This document shows positions 28,301 through 39,395 of a DNA stretch of 64,000 nt, piece by piece; position 1 is the stretch's first letter; each line of letters starts with the position of its first letter. Where the stretch lies: assembly GCA_964304625.1 (NCBI GenBank), contig OZ199838.1:8791904-8855903 (forward strand). The letters run 5' to 3'. This DNA comes from Kudoa neothunni (taxonomy: Eukaryota > Animalia > Cnidaria). The position numbers were made by a program, and so were the translations under genes. The notes beneath the pieces are model-generated. The model was not told where the DNA came from, did no database searches, and saw only the letters and a program-made list of their open reading frames with translations.

Positions 28301-30966
28301 ATTTAAATTTCTCATCGTCTTTTTCGGTAATCCAATGACGGTTAGATCAGAACCCTTAGAGGTCGCCTTAATGTTCTTACTTGGGTGGGGAATTTTAAAT
28401 TTAAATAAAATAAACCAAAAAATTGATATGATTATTTTTTTGTAATTTTTATTGATTTCGGTGTCATCTATCTTCATTTTCTTGAGGTTTAATATCTAAA
28501 GTTCATTTGAGAATATCATACTTATATTTATAACATTTCTTCTTTCATTTGACTCGTTATTTTATATCTGCTTATCATATTTCGAATTTATATCGTTGAT
28601 TTCACGTTGTAATTAAAGTTAATTACATCATTTTAAATAAACATGTTATATCAATGTTTGATGATTTAGTAGTTTTAAATCATATTATCCCTAATATAGA
28701 TTCAATTCTCTTAATAGCAATTATTGAACTAAGGTAAAATCATTTCAATATTCTGCGGACATTGGCATACGTTGGTTTGTATAGACTTATGCATTTTATA
28801 CGCGCTTTGAATAGAGTTGGAATTTTTATTTTGAGGTTTCTATTACTTTCGTATATTGAATAAATTTGGCATTATTATTCGATGGTGAATAATTACGTGT
28901 ATATTCGCTGACAGGAAATATCTCTTTCAAAGTAAATTAAGTGGTTATGTTACGTAGAGTTGACATTAATATTAAAACGATAAACGGTGATATTTATCAA
29001 GAAAGCCCGTTATAACAATTGAACCACCGAATAAATGTAAACTTAATCATTTAATCTATAATCATATCGCAAAATAGTTTATTTACAATCATTGTTGCAA
29101 ACACCACATTAACACAAGTTCACGTGTTCTTAATTAACGTATCGGGCATATCAATTCTTCTTGTTATATAAAATCAACACTTTATGAGTTTAATATAATT
29201 TCATACGTAAACTTCAATACAAATTATTGAGGAAAGAGTCTGCTTAATCCATGCGGTATTAGCCAATTTATAGTTAAAAGATAAACTAAGTTATTTTCTT
29301 TTGAAAATTTATTTAATAATAGTTCATTTATCGTTATATGTATATTTGAAATTAAAATTTTGATATGAGCGTTATTTTAGGAGATATTCCCATCCGTTGC
29401 AATAGCCACTTCCTAAAAACTATAACGTCCTCCTTATATTTTTTATTTATTCGTGTCATTATAGTTACTTTATTGCTGTATAATAAGATAACACCTCATA
29501 TTACGCTCAAAAAATGATTTCTAAGGCGAGTTAATAAACCGACGGCGCATTGAACACATTTTTACCAGAATATATGCCGTTTCTTTTTTTACAAAAGTTC
29601 ATACAAACAAAATTTGCATAAGTATAGGAGATTATACGAACTTATAAGCTACAATTTCGAGTTTTGATTGATAAAAACACAGATTTGCAAAAAATGGGGT
29701 CTCGAAAGACCACGCATGGCCCCGGAATGGTTATCGCAGTTTGGACGGAATAAAGAACTAAAGATGTTAATTTTTAGGGTCCATCGATAAATTAAGTTAT
29801 ATCTGATATATCTGATCGAATATATCTCATTTTTAATGAGAACAGAAATATTTATTCATCACTTTCAAATTTGAAAGTGACATGAAGCTTGAATCAAAAT
29901 TGTAAGTAGTTTAAATTAAAAAATAAATATTTATGAAAAATGTGGGGAGCGGAACTTTTTATCAAAAAAAAGCGGGAAGTGATCAAATAAAGGTTGAGAA
30001 ATATTGCATTAATGCATTTGTAGTTCGCGGCTTGTATAATTTTTTCATCTTCAAAACTTATTAATGTTACAAGAAAGGGATCTCATTTTGTTGAAAGTAT
30101 AATTAATCAAACAAATGATGGCAATATCAGCCAAGAAACATGATCAAGTGTGCCCAATCGAACAAATACTTTGTAGTTGTAGAAAATATCGTCCAACCTT
30201 TGAATATGACTGATGCAGGATGATTGATAGGTCTTTTTACTGATCAGACATCTTGCGCAAGATTTTTGGAACGTTGATTTCTATATTAAGTACATTAGAG
30301 GTGTGTCCTAAGTTGGTAGGTTGGTTGGTTGGTTACATCTTTAATGTTGGCCACATTAGGCGATTCTGAAAGCATGGACCAACTGGTTTTGAAATCATGT
30401 AAAGAACGTTTAAATTTTTTTTGAGTATCCTGACGTTGAAATTATTCATGTTAAACATTCAGCATAGTCTGCAATCAAACGTTACTTTATAATCGGAGTG
30501 TGTGTCTTCGTAGGTGGCTTTCGCGGTTGTTATAATTTCTACGAGTTGCTCTCCAAAAACACTTTCGTACAAATTGATATCACTTAGTAGGCTATGAAAC
30601 TAAGCAAGGAAATCAATACCTCAAACCAACATCTCTATACCTTGGTTAGATGAGATACATATTGGTTTTCATTAGTTTCCGACAAAAATGTTATTAGCGT
30701 GTCAAGCTCTTTGCAAATCTCCTGTTGAATAACAGATTTTTGCATGAGCAATGAGTTCAATTCGTTGATTTTATTGTATAATCTGTTGGTTGTACCAAGA
30801 AACTAAATTAACCAATTAGTACATGAATAGGAATTCCACTCAAACACACATCATGTATGTTGTTATCGTATAGATTGAGATTGTGTTGAAATTTGGGATC
30901 CATGTTTTTTACATTTTCGTAAAAATCATATTCGTAAAAATGACCATAGTTTCCAGAGAATGACAT
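22392..30966 (-). CDS. ACAP: ACAP/centaurin-beta-like Arf GTPase-activating protein (BAR-PH-ArfGAP), ~675 aa, 18 predicted exons
   Basis: Exons: 30966-30850, 30802-30641, 30599-30486, 30429-30337, 30280-30170, 25020-24952, 24906-24725, 24676-24612, 24553-24522, 24462-24174, 24124-24103, 24059-23987, 23334-23194, 23147-23070, 23023-22991, 22935-22776, 22724-22591, 22544-22392. All introns are GT-AG and phase-compatible (total 2028 nt). BAR start [14 protein letters not shown]; PH KEGYL..DRNFCF..IQA..WIDELN; Arf[12 protein letters not shown]-x16[14 protein letters not shown]..WTPELI..FIEQKY. Some middle boundaries are uncertain. Confidence 0.85.
25655..26459 (-). mobile_element. pogo/Tigger deletion derivative with CENP-B-type transposase remnant
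   Basis: TA TSDs. TIR CAGTAAGAAACCAATTTCACGCAC / GTGCATGAAATTGGTTACTTACTG. Minus-strand remnants [14 protein letters not shown] (HTH) and [10 protein letters not shown] (first catalytic D). Confidence 0.85.
27182..29412. mobile_element. Non-autonomous MULE-like element with ~180-bp TIRs
   Basis: 27182-27362 is the reverse complement of 29227-29407. The terminus GGAAGTGGCTATTGCAACGG resembles the MULE end at 10903. Left tip truncated; no TSD. Confidence 0.75.
27455..28013. mobile_element. hAT MITE, 559 bp
   Basis: Termini CAGGGC / GCCCTG. TSD GCTGAGAG (27447-27454) / GCTGAGAA (28014-28021). A second partial copy lies at 13385-13509. Confidence 0.82.
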
Positions 30967-32389
30967 TGTGAAATTATCAATCAGATATGTGGACTAAGTC
31001 CTTCGGTGCGTATCGGGGTTAAGATAATGCAAGCTTAATTCTAATATAAGACATAATATCTAGATATATTGGCTGGAAATTTCGCTCATCTTAATTGTAG
31101 CTGGTATTAGTGATCTGATGTGTTTCTATGACATAGATCCACCGTTCTTTAACTTTATTCGATGCATACATTAGTAGAGAGTCGATCCACTTATCAATCA
31201 GCCTGTCTCTACAATTTACGACTCCACTAAAAAATTTCTTCCGTATTGGCTAATACATGAGAATAGATTTCTTAACCAATCTTATACATGAAAAATTATG
31301 CGTCCGGCGCATTTCCATGTATACTTGCTATTTGTCGAGCACATTTTGTTATCTATTCATTTAATTGAGGTACCGGCAGTGAATCGACGTATGTCGTCTG
31401 CTTGTATACTCAAAATTTTGATTCGGCTGTGTTCACGTTCTATAAAAAAATTTATACGTTCTCTATTGTGCTTCCTCGTACTTTTCTCATCATATAAGTA
31501 TTTTGTCCCGTTACTCAAATTACATTCAAATAAATTATTGAACTATAATTCGATTTTTAAACCGTTTATATAAGTTTCAATATAGAGTGATGCGATGTTC
31601 TTTAGAATGCTAAATTCTATCATTTATTTTAAACGGGTTTGAAAAATTAAACAATCTTTTATTTTCAAATTCAATTTTTTTTAAGTTTATTTATATAAAA
31701 AGGGATTAGTCTCAGTTATTCTGGTGCTATTGTGAGTGCAAAAACACCTTTATTTTTATTAGCTGTATATTCGTTTATTTATTTATTTTGTTGTAGAACA
31801 ATTATATTCGAAAAAAACTTCCGTAGTTTGTAATTTTAAGCCCGGAGGAGTTATTACGTAATCACGGTAACATATGCAGTCTTGTAGAGGCGCATACCTG
31901 AAATGACCCTGATAATCTTTCCTCCTTAGGTTACTTTTAATGTTGAATATCTTGTTTATAAAACAAATGAACTCTTTAATTTATTCAAATGCTAGGAAAT
32001 AAAGCAAATAATTGTTTTTGTCTCCGATAATTCTGGTTATAGGTAACTTATTTCTAAACGGTCAGTCCTATTCTATTCGCATATTTTTGTTTTTTTAACT
32101 TTTCTGTTAACTTGGATGTATTTCAGAAAATTTCTTGGCGGTGACAGCAACGATTCTTCTATATTCGATCTAGAGTACTATAGCGATGAATCATGTATTG
32201 ATGATTTGGAATTAGAAAAAAGCGATAATTCCAGTTCTGAATCATTTGAGGATATAGGAGAAGTCGATATATATAAAAATTGCTCAACTTTGGAAACCTT
32301 GGATGAGAATAAAGATAAATTTTATAGAAAGAACTTTGAATGGTCATCTAATCCTGTAGGATTATTTTCTAAAAAGAGGAAGCATGATA

Positions 32390-33517
32390 CAGTAGGTGAC
32401 GGCTCGTGCGCACTACCACTCGTGGGCACCTGCCATGAATTAATGACTTACACAATACTGTTACTAATTAAAATGAATCGAACAAAAGCATAACAATTAT
32501 AATAAATTATTAAAACCTTAGTTTTTGTTTTAATTCGTTGTATATAAGAATTAGCTCAAATTTACGACTCGTGGGCACTTGAAGAGAACCAAGAAGTTAC
32601 GTTCTTTGAAAGATAAAGTGGATATAATGCCATATTATGATAGAATATCGAATGGGGAAAACAGATAAACTAAAATTCTCAATTGTTTTAACTTAAAATA
32701 TCTACCCTCTTTAAATTGGATTTTGGGTAATAAATAACCCATTATGAAGTCTCATAACGGAATGAAAATTACAAATAACCACAAAAAATTTACTATTTCT
32801 ATGAATGATGCTCTAATTTATTTGAGAAAAATGTACAAATTGTTCAGAAAACGAAATTATCAAATGTTATCTACGGTCATAGATCTAGAAACGACGATTT
32901 ACGATTCATGAATGTCAGAGCTTTACCAGTAAAATATTAAAAACTTTTAATTATATTTTATTGAGTATATTAATTAATTTTATGAAATTATGCATATCAA
33001 TATATATTAAATTTATCTTGATTATTAACTCTTACTCCTACTTCTCATGAGTACAGAAAATAATTTGTTTGTTACGCAACACTTCCTTAAGATATAATGA
33101 TTCATTAAGAAAGTTTTCTGTATGTTTATATTTAAAATCGTTCAAACCTTTATGATTGCAATAAACAATAATTTTGATTGTAATAAAATTTGATGTGTGA
33201 ATTGCATTTATTTCTCTTTTTAATTCTTGTTGACAGAAATCATTTGTATTATCATCACGTTGTCTAAATGGTTTGTTTCTACAAATTAAAGTCAAGGATC
33301 GACTAGATTAATCGCATTTAGTCTTTACATGATTGCTATAAGAAAATTTTATTTTATTAATATACTTTTGAATATAAATACGAACATAGTGATAAGTAAG
33401 GGAGACTAAATTGCAAGAGCCCATATAAAAATTTTGCTTTGTTCACATGCGTCATGACGGCTCGTGGGCACCTCGAACCCAATTCCCATTTTAGTGCCCA
33501 TAACCAATCACCTACTG
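32390..33517. mobile_element. Tc1/mariner-type non-autonomous element (IR-DR organisation)
   Basis: TA TSDs. TIR CAGTAGGTGA..GCACTA / TAGTGC..TCACCTACTG. CTCGTG(G/C)GCAC occurs four times. Removal rejoins the host ORF (KHD|ILNGK). Confidence 0.85.
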
Positions 33518-34092
33518 TATTTTAAACGGAAAAAATCAAATACACATTCCTGATTATATTAATACAGAATCTCAAGTTTGGAGCGTATTTTTCACAGATG
33601 CAATATTAAATAATTTACTCTATCACACCACAACCATTCAAGAAACATTAAGTAAAATTTCAAACGAGAACGTGATTCTATGGAATTTGATCTATGTGAT
33701 TTAAAAACAATCATTGTCTTGCATTACTTTCTTGCAATAAAAAGGCAAATTTAACCGACATGAATCAACTTTGGGGAGATGATGACTTCGGCATTCCGTT
33801 ATGCAAAAAAGTTTTCAGCTTTAATAGATTCAAATTATTGAAAAGATGTTTACACTATGTGGAAAATATACCAGACTCTGCTCATCACAAATTCGAAAAA
33901 ATAAAGATGTCTCCAATGTCATCAAATCAAAATTCTTAACATATTATTCCCCCTCAGAATATTTAGTCATTGTTGAAATGATAATGTCATTAAGAGGGCG
34001 ACGTATTTTTAAACAATACTTACCGAAAAAGCAAAAAAACTATTGGCTTAAAATATTCATTATGGCAGATTCCAAAATATTTTATTCTTTAA

Positions 34093-36487
34093 CCCTTTCG
34101 TGCCGGATGTCCGATATACAGGACAGCAACTTGTCTCTAATTCTGAAACTTACTTAAGCGAAATTTCGTAATGTGATAAATATCGGTATCATATATTAAA
34201 GTAATTGTTTCTTATTAATAGATTTCACAATTATTACTAACACATTATAGTCATTAAATTTGGCATTTAAAGTTAGAACTACCATACCATTGTAGCATTC
34301 AAAAGAATTTGATCATAACATTTAGAGGTTTCATGATTTACCAAAATAAAAATTTGACGTAGTGTAAATAATCAATTTCATTAAGCAGATAGATTTATAA
34401 ACGAATTAGGCGTATGATTTTTGAAATAATACAATGTTTAACACGTGTCCGTATACCGGACATCCGGTACTCGTGGACTGGATTTGGATTAGCCACAATG
34501 GATCATGACATGACGTTCGGACTAATAATGATGGAAATGAAAACGAACTATCAGAAACCATTGTTCTACCTGATGCTGACCTATCTGGACCAGATACGTA
34601 TTCTGATGACGATCCAGTGATTATATCATCAAATATGAAAAGAGAAGAATGTGTGTCATCAGATGATTCCGATATTGAAATTGATTCCAAAATTAATTCA
34701 GAAATAAAATGGAAAAAAACCTTGAGTAACAGGTTTGCCACAGGAATTATCCAATGATAACGATCATTTTGAAAATCTAAGCGGGTTAATTTATCCCATA
34801 GATTATTTTAATAAATTATTCGATAATAAACCGCTTGAATTTATTGTTGTCAAATCAAATCGATACGCAATCCAGAATAATTCAAACTTTAGAACCTCTA
34901 TTCCAGAAATCGAAAGCTACCTTGGAATTCTGATCTTGATGGGGATTGTTCGAATGCTTCGTTACAGATGTTATTGGTCTAAATATTTTAATTATCCCCC
35001 ATTTCTGATGTCTTTTCGAGAGATAGATTCGAGCAGATATCAAAATATTTACATTTCAACGACAACGAAGATATTACAAAGGATTAATCTTCTCGATGCT
35101 TCGATCGATTTGCAAAAATTCGACCCTTTTTGGAACATTTGAGAATGTCGTTTTTAAAAATCAGTTCTGAAACTATCAATTCGGTGGATGAAACAGATGA
35201 CTCCATTCAAGGGTAAATGTAGAGCAAAACAATATACCCCAAATAAACCTACAAAATGGGGTTTTAAAGTTTTTGCATTATATGGAAGAAGTGGTATGGT
35301 TTGTAACTTTAGTTTTTATGACGGTAAACCCCCTATGGTCGCTGAAAGTTGTGGCTTAAGTTCTGGAGATTATGTGATCAAGTTATGTGAGCACCTTCCT
35401 AGAAACAGAAATTTTCTAGTGTACTTTGATAATTGGTTTACGTCATTCAAGATGCAAATAATATTGAAAAAAGAGGCATTTATTCTGTGGGAACCATCCG
35501 GATTAATCGAATGAAAGGATGTCCTTTACTTCCAAAAAAAGAGCTAATGAAGAAAGAACGTGGTGCTTTTGATTTTGCCCGAAGTTCAAATGAAAGTTTA
35601 GTGTTGGCTCGATGGTTCAGTTGTGACGTTATCATCAACTCATTCTGTTATTGAACCTTTAACAACTTTATTCAGAATTGATAGACGCCAAAAGAAGCGA
35701 GTTAAGGTGAATTGTCCAACTGTCGTATCAGAATACAACAATATGGGAGGTGTTGACCTGTCTGACATGTTAATGTCACTTTATAGCTTAAGTCACAAGT
35801 GCAAAAAATTCTACATGCGGATTTTTTTTGGGGGGGGGGGGGGGGGATATCAATACGGAGATAACCAATTCATGGTTGCTATATAGAAAACAGTGCAAAA
35901 TGCGCAATACATCAAAAGCGGAAACTCTTGATCTGCTATCCTTTACATACTCAATTTGTGAATCACTGTTATATAAAAATCAATTATCCAGACAAATTCG
36001 TAAACGAGGTCGCCCAAATATTGATCCCATTCCGAACAATACCAACGAAAACATTAAATTACCACGGAAAAAATACATTTCATTATCTAATCAAATAAGA
36101 TTTGATAATATAGGTTACTTGCCTGAAGTAACTTCATTTCCAAAAAGATGTAAAATTTGCGAAAGAAAAACCCAAGTAGGATGTTTGAAATGTAATGCTT
36201 CATGCTGTCTTGTGAACGGCAGAAATTTTTTCTACATTTATCATAATAACTAATTTATATTTTATGAACTATTTTTTGTTATTTATGCAATTCCGTTCGA
36301 TTTCTATCATGCGCGCAAATTCCGGTCCACGAATGCCGGATGTCCGGTATACGGAACAACGTTTAACACCCCCTTTTTATGAAATGCTTATAAGTATTTT
36401 TAGGAAGTAACCATCGTTTTTATGTTAAAATTACTTATTTAAATATATATTTTTTCATCGATAAATAAAATTTCAGGCGTGAAAGTG
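34093..36487 (+). mobile_element. Nested piggyBac element (PGBD2/3-like transposase pseudogene, ~34493-36253)
   Basis: TTAA at 34089-34092 and 36488-36491. TIR CCCTTTCGTGCC / GGCGTGAAAGTG. SVDE, YFDNWFTS, MGGVDLSD and the CRD are all present but frameshifted. Removal restores the host reading IFYSLNLEVYLG. Confidence 0.93.
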
Positions 36488-37249
36488 TTAAACCTAGAAG
36501 TTTATTTGGGTGCTCTGAGTAACGTGGATAATTCTGCTCAAACTATAGTTGTGCGCCTAGCACAACCAGTTTTAGGTCCTGGCAGAAATATAACGTAAGA
36601 TAACTGGTTTTCTTCTGTTCCCCTTTTTCAAGAATTGTTAAAAAGTGGAATAACGGCGTGCGGAACTTTAAATAAAAATAAAAAAGTAATTCCTAGTAAA
36701 CTGTTAGCATCAAAAACAAAAGCTGTACTCATCAAAATTGCATATACTAAAGAGTTAACGCTACTTTCATGTCTCTAAAAAGAATAAATCGGTCATTTCG
36801 TTGAGCACATTTCATCACATGCCAATAGTCGACTTAGAAAATCCTTTAAAAAATTCCAGAAATTATGTCATTTTATAACTCCACCAAGGGCGGCGTTGAT
36901 ACAGTAGATCAAATGTGTGCCAATTCTCCTACCTATGGAACAACTGGAAGGTGACCGGCAGTAATATTTCACACTTTGTTAGACGTCATATCAATCAGCG
37001 CTTTTGTTATTTACTATATCAAATCGAACAAGCCAATAAGAAGGAAAGATTTTTTAAAATCGTTATCCATGCAGCTCAGGGAAGAGCAAATCGGTAGAAA
37101 AGGTATCAAAGATGATTTATTTGGATCGCATTTGATTCAGGACCCCCCCCCCTTAAAATTTCCATTTTTACTGATTATTAATTAATACGTTTGTGGATAT
37201 ACCGCCCCTTATAATATTACCGTATTAGATAGATTATACCGACCAAGTA

Positions 37250-38172
37250 TATATACTATTAAGGGTTATCTACCGATTAACATTAGAACTGCGCGACTGA
37301 TTTCCCAAAGATCTTTTGATAATATTTTTTGCAATGAGGATAACTCTATACAATATCTTATCAATATTGGTATCTTCAAAGCACCCAACTAACTGTATAA
37401 GATGTAATGGAACTAGCCATTCTGTACATCGAAAAAAGTGACGATGCTGCTCCAAAATGTGCAGAAAAGAAATATCAATTTTTGAGTTGACATTTTTCAG
37501 TAATATGAAAATTAAATTTCACGATTTTTTGTAGTTATCAGGTTACTGGTTGGCGGATGTAAAAAGTGCTAATCTGGGCACAATCACCGGACACTTCTCA
37601 AACAATTACCAATTATTATCACTATCTTCGCCAGCTTGTAGCAGATAATCTTGACTTTGAGGATATAGTTATTGGATGAGAAAATATAATTGTAGAGATT
37701 GATGAGTCTAAATTTGAAAAGGTGAAGCATAACAGAGGACATGGCGTTAATGGAGCATGGGTTCTTGGAGGTGTAGAAAGGACATCAGATCGAAAGATGT
37801 TTTTGGTGGAGGTTCCTGAAAGAACCGTTGAGACTCTTATCCAAAAAATTAAACCGTACGTCCATCCAGGCTCCATTGTCGTAACTGATTGCTTCAACAA
37901 TTATGGAACGTTACACAATTTCTACACTCACCTCACTGTGAATCACAGTATAGATTATGTGGATAGTAACACAGGAGCCCATACAAACACCATTGAAGGT
38001 ATTTAGGGTGCTATCAGATATAAAATAATGCCAAGGAATAGGACGTCTTCGGTTAATGAAGACGGTTCCGTCAGTATGGATGGTATCCATGTATTTCTCG
38101 GTGAATTTCAATGAAGGAGAAAAAATATTCACGATTTATGGGCTGTCTTTGTTGCATCGTTAAAAAATTTTT
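37250..38172 (+). pseudogene. Merlin/IS1595 (ISXO2-like) transposase, disrupted
   Basis: IVEIDESKF, WVLGGVER, PGSIVVTDC, VNHS..YVD..TGAHTNTIEG, plus a zinc-ribbon remnant upstream. In-frame stops. Confidence 0.88.
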
Positions 38173-38699
38173 AGTTTTGTATCAGTTAGATTTGTATTTT
38201 TGTGGTTTTTCATAGGTTTATTTTTTTTGCCGCGTTAATTCTTTGTTAAATCGGGATTAAGGGTTTATATCAAAGTTCAGCCTCAATTAATTTTCGTACG
38301 GTTTGTTCTATCTCTATTACTTTTTCTATTTTCTTTATCTCTTAAAAAATTAGTGATGCACACTGTTCTCGAGCCGGGCCAGAATTTGACTTTTAAAAAT
38401 CCCCGGACCAAAAAATAACGTTTTAGACAACACTTTAACGGGATTTAAATAATTCGCGAATGAAAAAAATACGAGGCTAACCTTGAATTATTTAGCGTTG
38501 GTCCCGAGCCACAAAATTTTTAAATGATCGATGGGACTGGAATACTCCTTCAAAGAAATGATCATAATTTAAATTTCATAATCCAAATCCTTACAGTATG
38601 ATGCTTACGATTTTTAAGTTATTTTGTTTCTATGGGTTAATTCGAAACTTAAATGTATATTTTTGGAATGCTGTTGAAGAACGTCTCTAGGCGAAATTT

Positions 38700-39010
38700 T
38701 CCCCAAGCAACGCTGGGCAGTTCGCGATAGTAGTTTATATCAGACAATGGTATTAATTTTATTTAAAAAAATAATTATCTAAAGTTATCTTCTATCTTCG
38801 TAGTTTTCGACATTTTATTATATTCACAAAATGATCTTAATTTAAATGTCGTATGTCATAATTGTTAAAGGCATAATACTTTAAACATATTCAAGTTCCA
38901 TTCTTTCAATGGGTTAACTGAGAGTATAAATATATTTTTAAATGATCTTAAAGGGATTCTTCAGCTCAAAATATTTGTATAATCGGGCAACGACGAGGTT
39001 TCGAGCTAGT
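38700..39010 (+). mobile_element. Two Helitron-like 3' termini
   Basis: Hairpin CCCAAGCAACGCTGGG followed by ATAG|T (38702-38731), and CGGGCAACGACGAGG..CTAG|T (38984-39010). Confidence 0.5.
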
Positions 39011-39395
39011 TGTGAATTAAAAGGATTGGAACACATCGCAAAGGCGCAAATATTGTCATCATTAGTATCGCAAAATTTACGCTTCTAACATTAATTATAA
39101 ATATGAAAAATAAATTATGAAAGTTTCTTTTTTTTTGATATAAATTCCAGCATTTTTTGAAAAGTCTTGCAAATACTAACGATTTATGACAATATCACGT
39201 AAATCGGATTACATCCGGATTCATGCTTACTATTTGGCGGATTTTCTCCAACTCTGTTCATTCAAATTTATTGTAAGTGTGGATGAAATGTTTAAAATAT
39301 TTTTATTATGTAGTCGTTGAATAAAAAGATGGGTAAAATATACCCAAAAACATAGGTGAGGGTTTTTTTGTTAGAGCAGCGGTTTACAGTAGGTA

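Larger units (their letters stand above)
25537..29730. mobile_element. piggyBac-type non-autonomous insertion splitting the hAT MITE
   Basis: Bounded by TTAA (25533-25536) and TTAT (29731-29734). Subterminal GGGGTACCTCAGGTACCAC and GGGGTCTCGAAAGACCAC. TIRs are diverged. Confidence 0.6.
25107..30006. mobile_element. hAT MITE split in two (25107-25536 and 29731-30006) inside ACAP intron 5
   Basis: Both halves align to the unsplit copy at 43471-44106. Termini CAACGTTTCGCA / TGAGAAATATTG. TSD CATAGATG / CATTAATG (6/8). Confidence 0.75.
32116..37140 (+). pseudogene. Old piggyBac (PGBD4-like) transposase interrupted by nested insertions
   Basis: Segments 32116-32389, 33518-34092 and 36492-37140. 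Acidic N-terminus, WSVFFTD, IVEMIMSLRGR..KQYLPKK, NWFSS, YNSTKGGVDTVDQMC, RRWP-like motif. Element ends not identified. Confidence 0.82.
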
